Positions 36,038 through 45,588 of a DNA stretch of 64,000 bases are shown one piece after another. The notes beneath the pieces were generated by a model. That model was given only the letters and a program-made list of their open reading frames with translations, ran no database searches and was not told the DNA's origin. The DNA lies in assembly GCA_028286915.1 (NCBI GenBank), contig JAQBQQ010000023.1, forward strand, positions 8,005 to 72,004, written 5' to 3'. Each line of letters opens with the position of its first letter. Position 1 is the first letter of the stretch. Made by a program: the position numbers and the translations under genes. Source of the stretch: Candidatus Peribacteria bacterium. GTDB taxonomy: Bacteria > Patescibacteriota > Gracilibacteria > Peribacterales > Peribacteraceae.

Positions 36038-37178
36038 TAGACAGAATATTCTTGTTGCATTTCCCTCTCTTGTCGTGCGTCTCCATACCCTTTCGCTTGA
36101 GCAGTTTCGTAACTATCCGTCCCTTACGCTGGATCTGTCTTCTTCGGACAGGCATCTTTTTATCGGTTCCAATGGCAGCGGCAAGACGAATATTCTGGAA
36201 GCCATTTCCGTCTTATCACTCACTAAATCCGCTTTGGGAATAGATGAAGAACACCTTATGCAGTGGGGGAGCGCGCATTATCGCGTGAAAGGACTTAGCC
36301 GGACGGATACCGGCGAGGATGTCATGCTGGAAACGGTATCGCAACTGCAGCCGCGCAAGCAGAAAGCCTGCTTTGTGAATGATGTCCGGGTACAGGCATC
36401 TGCTGTTATTGGCCGGTTACCCATCGTGCTGTTTTTACCGCAGGATTTGCAGCTTTTTTCCGGACCGCCGGCAGAACGGCGACGGTTTGTGGATCAGTTG
36501 CTATCGCAGGTGTCATCGGAATATTTCCAGGCGTTGTCGGATTACCTAAAGTTTGTAAAGCAGCGCAATGCTTTGCTTAAATCCATTGCGCAGGGGGCAT
36601 CGGTACCGGCGGATTTGGATACCTGGGATGAGCAGCTGGCAGAGCGGGGGAGTATTGTCACACTTGCGCGCCTGGAGCTTATGGAGACCTTTAGCCTGGC
36701 GCTGGTGGATGAGTTGCGGACACTTGGCGAGCACTGGACAGACGTCAAGATTGTCTACGAGCGGTCATCCGATTCCCATACGCGTGCCGATATTGCGGCG
36801 GACATCCGCTCGGCGCTGCGTTCCACCCGGGATCGTGATATTTTGCTGCAATCCACGTCCGTCGGTCCGCATCGTGACGACTGGTATATTACAGCCGAAG
36901 GCCACCCGCTCGCCACATTCGCATCCCGCGGCCAGCAGCGGGTATCGGTTCTGGCGCTGTTATTTTTGCAGGCATCGTTTGTGGAACTTAGAAGAGGCGA
37001 ACGGCCGCTTATTCTGCTGGATGATGTGTTCTCCGAACTCGATGACTCGCATCAGGAAGGAGTGCTGAACGCCTTTGTGGATCATCAGGTGTTCATAACC
37101 GGTACGCATTTGCCGAAGAATATGGAAAAAGCACAGGTATGGAACGTAACAGAGGGCGAAGTTTTTCTGGCACAGTAA
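36012..37178 (+). CDS. recF: DNA replication and repair protein RecF
   Basis: Walker A GSNGSGKTNILEAI and the C-terminal LLDDVFSELD signature. The conserved N-terminus (RLHTLSLEQFRNY) suggests the real start may be the GTG at 36075, which would remove the overlap with the NUDIX gene. Confidence 0.9.
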   Translation: MDHRRQPSDRQNILVAFPSLVVRLHTLSLEQFRNYPSLTLDLSSSDRHLFIGSNGSGKTNILEAISVLSLTKSALGIDEEHLMQWGSAHYRVKGLSRTDTGEDVMLETVSQLQPRKQKACFVNDVRVQASAVIGRLPIVLFLPQDLQLFSGPPAERRRFVDQLLSQVSSEYFQALSDYLKFVKQRNALLKSIAQGASVPADLDTWDEQLAERGSIVTLARLELMETFSLALVDELRTLGEHWTDVKIVYERSSDSHTRADIAADIRSALRSTRDRDILLQSTSVGPHRDDWYITAEGHPLATFASRGQQRVSVLALLFLQASFVELRRGERPLILLDDVFSELDDSHQEGVLNAFVDHQVFITGTHLPKNMEKAQVWNVTEGEVFLAQ

Positions 37179-37267
37179 TTTCTATGGGCGGCGTAAGATT
37201 TATCTTCGGAAGCGTTCATAGGCAGGCACTAAAATAATGTATAGCGTCAGGCTGAGAACCAAACTTT

Positions 37268-37314
37268 ACATTCCACTATATTTTTTGGAATGTGGAATGT
37301 AGTGCCTGGAATTT
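37268..37314. repeat. heptamer array GGAATGT/GGAATTT with an inverted copy
   Basis: acattcc-actatatttttt-ggaatgt ggaatgt agtgcct ggaattt. Lies between convergent recF and ruvC. Confidence 0.8.
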
Positions 37315-37789
37315 ATATGTCTCTATGCACGGCTCCGTACACTGCCAGTGCCAGTGCATCCGCCGCATCATCCGGTTGAGGAATTTCTTTTAATTGCAAA
37401 AGCCGGACCAGCATTTCCTGCACCTGGCGCTTGTCGGCTTTGCCGTCGCCGGTAATGGCTTGTTTGAGTTGTAACGGTGTTGCCTCCAGGAGCGGAATTT
37501 TCTGCAGTTCTATCGCCAGTAAAATGATGCCGCGGGCCTGCGAAACATCCATGGCAGTCTTCACATTGGTCTCAAAATAGAGCCGCTCCACCACGGCCAG
37601 GTCCGGTTTCACTTCCTGCAGAAGCGCGGTTAGATCGGTAAAAATTTCGGCCAATCGTTCGGAAGCGGGCAAACCGGCTTTTGTCCGAATGGTCAGCCAT
37701 TCTTCGGCCTGCAGATGGTGGGGCGAATCAGATACCAGAATGCCCACGCCTACCGTAGCCAAACCCGGATCTATTCCTATAATACGCAT
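37313..37789 (-). CDS. ruvC: crossover junction endodeoxyribonuclease RuvC
   Basis: 158 aa. MRIIGIDPGLATVG and the C-terminal DAADALALA motif. Confidence 0.9.
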   Translation of the reverse strand: MRIIGIDPGLATVGVGILVSDSPHHLQAEEWLTIRTKAGLPASERLAEIFTDLTALLQEVKPDLAVVERLYFETNVKTAMDVSQARGIILLAIELQKIPLLEATPLQLKQAITGDGKADKRQVQEMLVRLLQLKEIPQPDDAADALALAVYGAVHRDI

Positions 37790-37901
37790 GGCATCAGCTT
37801 TGCGGTATCGGCTATTCCATGCAATGGCTGTGGCGTATCCAATTGTTGAAAATAATGCGTTTTTATGCTATTATAAGACGAAATATACATTTTCCCGCCG
37901 T

Positions 37902-39380
37902 ATGAAACACACACACAAACACTTTCTCGTCGCACCGCTATTTGCCGCTCTGGTTTTGGCAACCGTCATAACGCCTGCTTTTGAAGTTCAGTCTCTCACG
38001 GCATCGGTTTTACAGGGGGAGTACGTTGTCGGGCGCAATGATCAGCTTTTGTCTTTCCCGGATAGTGTCCGCTTGCTGGCTGCGAAGGATACGACTATCA
38101 GCATGAATAAAGAGCAGCTGTTTCTGGTACAGGGAACCGCACTTATATACGGAAAATCTCTGGTTCATATCCACACGGGTTCCGCCGATATAGAAGGTTT
38201 GCACGGTGGTTTTTCGGTAACGTCCGATGCCAACTCGCTCACCATTGTAGCGCTCACCACACCGGTGCTGGTGACGATTGGCCGGCAACGGACAATGGTA
38301 CCCGCCGGTCGCCAGTGGAAGACACCTGTGCAGTATTTGCCGGGAATGGATGAAGGACTCAGTCAGTGGCTGGCTGCCCGCCGGACACACCCGTTGCCCG
38401 TCTCATTTTTGGCGGAACAGCTTGTCCGTTTGCATACGTTATCCGATATGTCTGACACTCTGGCAGCTGTGTCCATGGCACAAGAGCAGCAACAGGTATT
38501 TGCGCAGCTGCAGGCGGCCCTTGGTTCCATTACAACGTTACACGAGTTGGTGCGTTCCATTGATGTGCAATCGGATATTCTAAATACGCCGTCATTTGCC
38601 GGCCATCTTGCCGCCTTGCTTCCCGTAGCCAGTGCTCCTGCACAAAAAGAATTAATCGCCGTTCTAAGCCGTCAGTCGGATTTTTGGCTTCTGGCTTCCT
38701 TTCATGCGGATTTTTACGACACGGCCTGGCTTCAGCCTGCATCGTTGGCTGCTCATAGGGAAGATGAGTTTTTGCGTCTGATTTTCTTTCCCGAAGCCGA
38801 TGCCTTCCGCAAGGAAAGTGCCCCAAGCGTGCATGCCCGTTTTGAGTCCGATCTGCAGTACTTTTTGCAGGCAGACAATGCGCCGGCCGCTATGACCCAA
38901 TTATTTACGACCGTACTCCAGGAAGCCGTTGATTCATTGCATGCCCGCGGCTACCCGTACCGGGAAGCATTGTACAATAAAGACATTGTGCAGTTGTCAT
39001 CCGGCTACCTGCCGGAGGAGGAGCATACTGTTGCGCCGGAGGTACAGGAAGAATCAGTACCTTCCGCAGGCGCTGTGTCTGCCGCATCTTCCAGTGTTCC
39101 CGTATGCGCACCGAAGAAAAGTTCAGCCGAACAATTGGCGGCTGTAAAGACTCTGCTTTCGCAGTGGAACGCGCTTCTTACCGTTCACACGGTTATTTCG
39201 GCTACAAATTTAAGCGTTATAAGTGTGCAGAGTGTCGTCATTCCATCCGCATCATCGGGCGATCATTTGTATAATTTTGACGTAGATGTGAGCTGTGGAA
39301 AAGTGCTCAGGATTCAGAAAGAAGGCGTTGATCAGCCGTATGCCTTAACAGTGGAGCAGTTTTGGGCGTGGGCGAAGTAA
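37902..39380 (+). CDS. hypothetical secreted protein
   Basis: ORF 37689..39380. The start is set at MKHTHKHFLVAPLFAALVLA (signal peptide) because the upstream part overlaps ruvC. Confidence 0.6.
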   Translation: MKHTHKHFLVAPLFAALVLATVITPAFEVQSLTASVLQGEYVVGRNDQLLSFPDSVRLLAAKDTTISMNKEQLFLVQGTALIYGKSLVHIHTGSADIEGLHGGFSVTSDANSLTIVALTTPVLVTIGRQRTMVPAGRQWKTPVQYLPGMDEGLSQWLAARRTHPLPVSFLAEQLVRLHTLSDMSDTLAAVSMAQEQQQVFAQLQAALGSITTLHELVRSIDVQSDILNTPSFAGHLAALLPVASAPAQKELIAVLSRQSDFWLLASFHADFYDTAWLQPASLAAHREDEFLRLIFFPEADAFRKESAPSVHARFESDLQYFLQADNAPAAMTQLFTTVLQEAVDSLHARGYPYREALYNKDIVQLSSGYLPEEEHTVAPEVQEESVPSAGAVSAASSSVPVCAPKKSSAEQLAAVKTLLSQWNALLTVHTVISATNLSVISVQSVVIPSASSGDHLYNFDVDVSCGKVLRIQKEGVDQPYALTVEQFWAWAK

Positions 39381-39390
39381 TCCGCGGCTA

Positions 39391-40104
39391 TCAGCGGATT
39401 ATTATTTTGTCATACTGCTCATCCATAAACGTATTCTGGTAGTGCACAATTGCCAGGTGATCAATGGTAAGCGAGCCGATGGTAAAGCCCTGCAGTGATT
39501 CACAGGTAGCTTTCACAGCCAGCCGGTCGGATGCCGACAAGCCGGGACGCAGCCTGCCGAGGGTAATTTTTTTTGTCCGGCTCCCGAATTTTTCCTGGCT
39601 AAAACCGGTAATGGAACTGATGGCATCCCGCAATTCTTCCAGCTTGGGCGAATCCGAAACCCGAATGGACACAGATCCCATCCCCAGTACGCCAATACCC
39701 TGTAAGTCCAAAGTGAATGTTCCAACGGCATGCAGCGCTTCTTCCAGGCAACTTATCTGGCTCTCGCGGAGCGGCCACGCATCGGCACCGTAGTCGCCGG
39801 GCGTGAGCAGTCCATAGACAGAAAAGTGAAATGCCTCGGGTTGTTTGCGCCATTCTATGGTTGCACTGCTGCCATGGGCGGCCAGCGTACGATCCACCGC
39901 TTTCTGGGCAATGGTCATGCTTTCTACCAGTGCCTGCGGCAGGGGACAGCCGACAATGGCGGAAATGCCGGGCCGTTGCAGCATGTCTTTCTGCTGATTC
40001 CGTTCCAGATTTTGGTTGATACGCTCAATAGGCAATGTCCAGAATTCATTGGTCCGTACCGCTGCATCAAAATGGTTAAAGGTCATGGGGCAGGATGATA
40101 GCAC
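39391..40104 (-). CDS. hypothetical protein, possible degenerate 2H phosphoesterase (LigT-like)
   Basis: 237 aa. One HxS motif (FHFSVYGL) is present. The second expected motif reads KITLGRL, with K in place of H. Confidence 0.4.
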   Translation of the reverse strand: MLSSCPMTFNHFDAAVRTNEFWTLPIERINQNLERNQQKDMLQRPGISAIVGCPLPQALVESMTIAQKAVDRTLAAHGSSATIEWRKQPEAFHFSVYGLLTPGDYGADAWPLRESQISCLEEALHAVGTFTLDLQGIGVLGMGSVSIRVSDSPKLEELRDAISSITGFSQEKFGSRTKKITLGRLRPGLSASDRLAVKATCESLQGFTIGSLTIDHLAIVHYQNTFMDEQYDKIIIR

Positions 40105-40375
40105 GAAAATAGAAAAAGAGTTTCACGATTGTGGGCAATAGCTGAGAATATTTTCAATTGATTGCTTCGAAGTGGATTTTGGAGTTCTTTATATTAGTTT
40201 TTGTGATTTCGGTAGCGCATCATGGCTGTTTACTGAGCTGCCAAACATCTATCAGGCGATTCGCGATATTCGTATTCTATGGGCACAAATCGTATAGATC
40301 AATTATATAGGGAAACCTAGTCGCTACATTGCTGCAGCGACTAGGTATGGCTTCACATGATATTGGGCTACTGAA

Positions 40376-41287
40376 TCATTTAGTGACGGGCTCCATCTTC
40401 GTATCGAACGGCTCCATATGAATTGAGCCATCAGCGTAAAAAGGCATTGCCTTCCTGAAAGCGCTTTTGACTTTTCCACTAATTTTATGAGCCTCTATTA
40501 ATGAAATATTGCCGTTCATCTGAATATGGATATCCACATAATATTGCGTGCCCCTACGGAGAACGCGTAGTTTTTCAACCGTCTGCACTTCCTTTACAGA
40601 CAAAGCTGCTTTATGGAATGTATCTACAATATCCTGAGAGGGCATGCGGTCCATGAGCTCATTAAGTGCGGGGAGCAGTAAGAGAATAGCATTAATAACA
40701 ATGACAAAAGCTGCAATGAGCGATGCCCAGTCATCCGCAGACTCCCATCCGCGTCCTCCTATGATAGCAATGGAAATACCAATAAAAGCTGCTCCCGAGC
40801 TAATTGCATCACTGCGGTGGTGCCATGCATCCGTCTTTACTACCTGGCTGCCTGTTTCCTTTCCAACGGCAGACACCCGGCGGAACATAAATTCCTTTAT
40901 CAAGATGACGATAAGCAGAACAGCAAGAGTATAAGCCGCAGGTGATTCATGAGGGATAAGTGCTTCGTGGATAGCGGAGAAGGCTGTAAATACAGCCATC
41001 CCCACAAGAGTCAGCGAAACAGCTGCAGCTGCAATGGCTTCTGCCTTACCATGGCCGAATGGATGATCGTGGTCAGGCGGGGAGGCAGAAACTTTCAAGC
41101 CTCCTAATACAAAGATGGAAGATATAATATCCGTACTTGATTCAATGCCATCGGCAATAAGCGCATAGGAATGGCCAAAGATACCAGCGGTAAATTTTCC
41201 TGCAGCCATTGCAAAGTTCACTGCCAGCCCCATCTGAGTTGAGCTAATGCTGCGGTCAGTAGTCTTCATGAATGAAGTCTGTTTCAT
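40376..41287 (-). CDS. cation diffusion facilitator (CDF) family metal efflux transporter
   Basis: 303 aa. Six TM helices with the ALIADGIESSTD and HHRSDAISS motifs, plus a C-terminal cytoplasmic domain. Confidence 0.9.
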   Translation of the reverse strand: MKQTSFMKTTDRSISSTQMGLAVNFAMAAGKFTAGIFGHSYALIADGIESSTDIISSIFVLGGLKVSASPPDHDHPFGHGKAEAIAAAAVSLTLVGMAVFTAFSAIHEALIPHESPAAYTLAVLLIVILIKEFMFRRVSAVGKETGSQVVKTDAWHHRSDAISSGAAFIGISIAIIGGRGWESADDWASLIAAFVIVINAILLLLPALNELMDRMPSQDIVDTFHKAALSVKEVQTVEKLRVLRRGTQYYVDIHIQMNGNISLIEAHKISGKVKSAFRKAMPFYADGSIHMEPFDTKMEPVTK

Positions 41288-41467
41288 ACAGGCCGGGTTT
41301 GTAAACCTTTCTTCTGGATATTTTATATCTAATATTTTTTAGCCGGCTCGTAAGAACCTTATGCGATAGCAAGAAGCGGTATAATTACTATAAAGCGACG
41401 CTTGTATGTTTTCCCAGATAAGATGTAGAAAAAACTGCTTCCAAAAAAGCGTTGATACAGGCAGGAA

Positions 41468-41800
41468 TTAGTAAATCTTTTTCTTTTGTACAAAATATAA
41501 AACAACCATAGCTACAAGAAGAGTGGCGATTGAGACAATGCTCCAAAATAGAATCGGATTATTTTCTTCCAGCTTATGACCTGCCTCTAATTTCTGATAA
41601 GCTTCGTGCCCCAGTAATTTTTCTTCGGCAGCCTCAATTTCTTTATGGGCTTGCGATGACTTTTCACTGGATACAGTATCTTGCTGAGCTTGTTCCTGTT
41701 GTTCATGTGCTTTCGTATGATCCTCTTCGGCAGATGAAGAAATTGGATGCGCAAATCCAAGTAAAAGAATAAAGAAAGTGATAGTGGTTAGTTTTTTCAT
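41468..41800 (-). CDS. hypothetical His/Glu-rich secreted, C-terminally anchored protein
   Basis: Signal peptide, an E/H/Q/K-rich middle, and a C-terminal TM helix. Lies next to the CDF transporter. Confidence 0.5.
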   Translation of the reverse strand: MKKLTTITFFILLLGFAHPISSSAEEDHTKAHEQQEQAQQDTVSSEKSSQAHKEIEAAEEKLLGHEAYQKLEAGHKLEENNPILFWSIVSIATLLVAMVVLYFVQKKKIY

Positions 41801-41903
41801 TTTAGAAAGAAAGGAGAACTATTAAACGAAAGAAAATAGCGGATAAGAAAGGGCATCAGCTGAAGGCTTATTGTCATTAAAGCTATGTCTGCATTCTCTA
41901 TTT

Positions 41904-41980
41904 TGGTGGGCGATAATGGACTTGAACCATTGACCTCGACATTATCAGTGTCGCGCTCTAACCAGCTGAGCTAATCGCCC
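41904..41980 (-). tRNA. tRNA-Ile (anticodon GAT), CCA encoded
   Basis: Cloverleaf gggcgat/atcgccc, anticodon loop ctGATaa, T arm aatgg-ttcaagt-ccatt. Confidence 0.9.
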
Positions 41981-42079
41981 TTGGTGTGTAAAATATAGTA
42001 CGGCTTGCCCAACGAAGCCCAGAGGCGAATTTGGGAGCAGAAGGAGGGTACGAATGTTTGCCGGACAGGTCAATAGTTA

Positions 42080-42424
42080 TTATTGCTGGATTCCGGACCT
42101 GGCCGCGTCCACTTTCTGCTGTACCAGTATATCAGAATGCTGCTTATAGCAGGTTTTTAGGTCTGTTAATGGCGTGCCGGCGTCCATGCATTCCTGCATT
42201 GCCTGCTTGCGTACACTGTCCACGTATCCACGAATTGCGTCCGCCTGGCGCTGGCTGACGTCTTTTTTAGCGATTTTTACGAACTTAGGCTGAACTTTTG
42301 CCACTGCTTCTTTGGCAGCCTGAGCTTTTATTTTATTCTCCTGCACCTTTTTGTAACTGGTGGCGGAAGCAAAAGAAGGTGAGAGTAAAGACAGGGAAAT
42401 AAGGAAAGAGAGCAGAATTTTCAT
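42080..42424 (-). CDS. hypothetical small secreted protein
   Basis: 114 aa with a signal peptide (MKILLSFLISLSLLSPSFASA). Lys/Ala-rich. Confidence 0.5.
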   Translation of the reverse strand: MKILLSFLISLSLLSPSFASATSYKKVQENKIKAQAAKEAVAKVQPKFVKIAKKDVSQRQADAIRGYVDSVRKQAMQECMDAGTPLTDLKTCYKQHSDILVQQKVDAARSGIQQ

Positions 42425-42522
42425 GGAGGAGAGGGGAACATGCCGATTGTACGATGAAATACTTCAAAGCCATAGGAAATACCCGGCTTCCCGGTTGCGG
42501 TTCCGGCAGAATAGTCGGCCAG

Positions 42523-43452
42523 CTACTTCTTGTAGATTTCCGTCACGCTCATGCCGCTCTCTATGTGTTTGATTACTTTGGCCAGAAGCGGAGCGATGGA
42601 CAGAACGACCAGTCCTGGAAAGGCATTTGCATCATTGGGGATACTGTCCGTTACCACAACCTCTTTAAATGCAGCCTGCGTAAGCCTTTCCGCAGCCGGG
42701 CCGGAGAAAACGCCGTGGCTGGCGGCGGCGTAGACATCCGGGTGGGCACCGCGGGCAATGAGTGCGCTTTTGGCGGAAAGGAGTGTACCGGCCGTATCGA
42801 TGATATCGTCAAACAGAATGCAGGTTTTGCCTTGTACATCACCTACCACTTCCAGTACTTCCGTCTGATGATGACCGGGGCGATTTTTATGCAGAATAGC
42901 AAGTTCGGCGCCAATGCTGTCGGCCAGACGCTTGGCCCGCTTGGCCCCGCCAACGTCCGGTGCAACTACCACTGGCGACGTAAGATTCTTGGATGCAAAG
43001 TAATCGGTAAAAATGGACCGGCCGGAAAGTGCATCTGCCGGAATGGAGAAGAAGCCCTGAATCTGATCCGAATGAAGATCCAGAATCATGACATGGTCGG
43101 CGCCCGATACTTCCAGCAAGTGAGCCATTAACTGTGCCGAAATAGGTTCGCGCGGTTCGGCTACCCGGTCCTGACGCGCGTAGGGCAGGTGCGGCATAAT
43201 GACATGTACCGTACGGGCAAAGCTGAGCTTGGCTGCCTGGCACATGAGGAATAATTCCATACTGTCTTCATTCGGATTGCGCGTGCCGGTTTGCAGAATA
43301 TAGACGTCGCGCCCGCGGATGGATTCATCAAATTTTACATAGCTTTCACCGCAGCTGAATTTTTTGATAGTCACGGCACCAAGTTCTGTGTTCAATTCCT
43401 TTGCCAGAGCTTTGGCCAGTGCCGGGTGTGATGAACCTGCAAATATGTGCAT
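42523..43452 (-). CDS. prs: ribose-phosphate pyrophosphokinase
   Basis: 309 aa. YARQDR and the PRPP-binding motif ILFDDIIDTAGT. Confidence 0.95.
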   Translation of the reverse strand: MHIFAGSSHPALAKALAKELNTELGAVTIKKFSCGESYVKFDESIRGRDVYILQTGTRNPNEDSMELFLMCQAAKLSFARTVHVIMPHLPYARQDRVAEPREPISAQLMAHLLEVSGADHVMILDLHSDQIQGFFSIPADALSGRSIFTDYFASKNLTSPVVVAPDVGGAKRAKRLADSIGAELAILHKNRPGHHQTEVLEVVGDVQGKTCILFDDIIDTAGTLLSAKSALIARGAHPDVYAAASHGVFSGPAAERLTQAAFKEVVVTDSIPNDANAFPGLVVLSIAPLLAKVIKHIESGMSVTEIYKK

Positions 43453-43608
43453 ATTGTTTCTATTATACTCTTTTTAAGCTGAATTTGCACCTGATTTACG
43501 GAGCGTGTGGAATGCATGACGCAGTATGTGTCATTTTACCATGTGCTCCTTGTCACCTGCTATATGTCTCGGTTGTATCTCCCGGCATTCCCGTGCATTA
43601 TTCATGCT

Positions 43609-44142
43609 ATGCAGCTTCGTTTTACCACGGTTCTTGGCACGGCAGTTGTAGATGAAACGACACAGGAGGAGCTGGGCGTACTGTCGGGCATTCTTATTCA
43701 CCCGGACACGGGGAAAATTGAAGGCTTTTTTGTAGCTGTAAAATCGTTTTTTCATAGCGAGTACTTGTTTCTTTCGGTGCTTGATATCCGTTCATGGGGG
43801 TTGCGCGTGCAGGTGGCGAATCATAACGCCCTCAGCCCGTTCGAGGACCGCGTCCGTCTGCAGCCATTACTGGAAGATCAGCGTACTATTTTGGGCCAGC
43901 GCATCCGGACGGAAAGCGGTGTGAATATGGGCCGCTGCAAAGATATTCAATTTGATACCAGGTTTTTCCAGATTGAATGGCTGTTCCCGAAAAAGTGGGG
44001 CCGCTGGCGCATACCGTTTCCGCTGGGTGAAATTATTGAAGTCCGGCGTGACGCTATCATTATCAAAGATCAAAAACCGGTAAAAGCCGGGACCGAACCG
44101 GTGGAGCAGCCGGCCATGTTGAAGATGCCGGATATAGCGTAG
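43609..44142 (+). CDS. PRC-barrel domain protein
   Basis: ORF 43507..44142. Two PRC-barrel-like repeats (VVDE...LGVLSGILIHPDTGKIEGFFV; GQRIRTESGVNMGRCKDIQFD). Confidence 0.55.
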   Translation: MQLRFTTVLGTAVVDETTQEELGVLSGILIHPDTGKIEGFFVAVKSFFHSEYLFLSVLDIRSWGLRVQVANHNALSPFEDRVRLQPLLEDQRTILGQRIRTESGVNMGRCKDIQFDTRFFQIEWLFPKKWGRWRIPFPLGEIIEVRRDAIIIKDQKPVKAGTEPVEQPAMLKMPDIA

Positions 44143-44267
44143 CAAGTGAGTAATTTGCCAGCCGTCGCTCTTTAAGAGCTATGGCCGGTAAATACCTGCG
44201 GGTCATATATAAAAATGAAATAAAAAAGCGCGACCGGGGCCGCGCTTTCATTGAATGCTTAACAAGA

Positions 44268-44675
44268 TTAACCAACACCCAGGAAGCCGGGGACAGTGCC
44301 GGTAACGAAACCGACAATAACACGGGCGAACAGAATGACAATGAGACCGATGACGACGTAGAGGATTGTCTTCTTGGCCTTCTCCCTCTGTTCTTCTTCG
44401 CCCTGCGATACAATGAGGCGGATACCGGCGATGATGATAAAGATGACAGCGATCAGACCCATAAGGTCCAGTACAAAGGTGAGAATTTTGACGATGGTCT
44501 CCTTGATACCTGCGGGACCTGTAGTGCTACAGGGAGGAATACCGGGGATATTTTCACCACAAGGATCCAGTGCATTGCCTCCGCCAACAGTGGCGGCAAA
44601 AACCGTAGAAACTCCGGTAAGCATGGCCGATGCAGCCATGAAGCTCCGGTAAGAAATTTTTTCTGAGAGAGTCAT
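44268..44675 (-). CDS. type IV secretion system pilin (TrbC/VirB2-like, T4SS_pilin type)
   Basis: ORF 44268..44729. Signal peptide, followed by two long hydrophobic helices separated by the charged loop SQGEEEQREKAKK. This is the pattern of VirB2/TrbC-like pilins. Confidence 0.6.
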   Translation of the reverse strand: MTLSEKISYRSFMAASAMLTGVSTVFAATVGGGNALDPCGENIPGIPPCSTTGPAGIKETIVKILTFVLDLMGLIAVIFIIIAGIRLIVSQGEEEQREKAKKTILYVVIGLIVILFARVIVGFVTGTVPGFLGVG

Positions 44676-44840
44676 GAGAAAAAGAGGGGAATTGGGACTA
44701 TTGTTACTGATAGGTAGTACTGCTCGCAAGGAATACGGGGAAAGCAGCGGGGGACTGATATGGAAAAATGTGATGCTATAGTACTATTGTGGGCTTAGTA
44801 GGTAGTAGTAAGTAGTACGATTATGTACTGTGTTTTATTT

Positions 44841-45398
44841 TTAGGATCGGTTGCTTAAAAATCCTACGCCAATGAGCAGGAAAGCGGGCAGGGCAAACCA
44901 AAGATCCTGGTTTAAGATCATGAGTTGCATGAGCTGGCTCTGTTGGATGAGCGGCGAGACAGCGGCGCTTTGAGCCAGTGCCATATCCAATAATGGCACG
45001 CCGGCTACAAAGGTGAGCAGTGTGGAAATCAGCAGGCCGGCGGTGGCAAAACCGAAAATACCGGTGAGTGCGCCATTGATAATGCTGCTTTCCTCTTTAA
45101 GGTAGACCACCTGCACGCCGCCGCGAACGGCCAGAAACAGAATAATGACAACAAAGAAGAAGAGTTTGATCATGGAAATGATCTGCGTGTTCATGATCAG
45201 GCCGAACGTAGACCAGATAATTTCCAGATCCGCATTGAAACGCAGTAGTAAACTGCCAATGCCCTGTACGGCTACAATGGCAATGTATGTGCCCAGAATA
45301 ATCTTTACCGCCTCTTTTTTCCCTATAATAAATGTATAGGTCATAATGAGGGCAAAGAACACGATGATGAACAAGTCCCAGCTAAGCGTGACGTACAT
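44841..45398 (-). CDS. hypothetical polytopic membrane protein (CvpA-like topology)
   Basis: 185 aa with 4-5 TM helices. Confidence 0.5.
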   Translation of the reverse strand: MYVTLSWDLFIIVFFALIMTYTFIIGKKEAVKIILGTYIAIVAVQGIGSLLLRFNADLEIIWSTFGLIMNTQIISMIKLFFFVVIILFLAVRGGVQVVYLKEESSIINGALTGIFGFATAGLLISTLLTFVAGVPLLDMALAQSAAVSPLIQQSQLMQLMILNQDLWFALPAFLLIGVGFLSNRS

Positions 45399-45445
45399 AT
45401 GGAGGATTTTAGTGATGTGCTTTGGTTTATGCTAATAATGGCACT

Positions 45446-45537
45446 TGTTTGGTTGTCATTTTGGTTTACTAGTTGATTGGTTAATTGGAGCTTCTCATAG
45501 CTATCCAATCAACCATTTAACCAATTAGCTAATCAAC
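45446..45537. repeat. inverted TTGGTT/GATTGG-family repeat
   Basis: tttggttgtcattttggtttactagttgattggttaattgg ... ccaatcaaccatttaaccaattagctaatcaac. The arms are imperfect reverse complements. Lies between divergent genes. Confidence 0.8.
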
Positions 45538-45588
45538 TTTATTTTATATCTGTTCACTTCCAAGGTTTTCCCCCACAATACCTCTCCT

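Noticed and set aside
36012-36074. 26-nt overlap between the NUDIX gene and recF as a possible programmed frameshift or fusion
   Set aside because: The conserved RecF N-terminus begins at about 36075, where a GTG codon is available. An alternative start explains the overlap without recoding.
35504-37789. recF as a marker of a replication origin region
   Set aside because: No dnaA or dnaN gene is adjacent, and I saw no cluster of DnaA-box-like 9-mers. recF here sits between a NUDIX gene and ruvC.
42454-43131. 225-aa plus-strand ORF
   Set aside because: Antisense to prs, which has unambiguous PRPP synthetase motifs.
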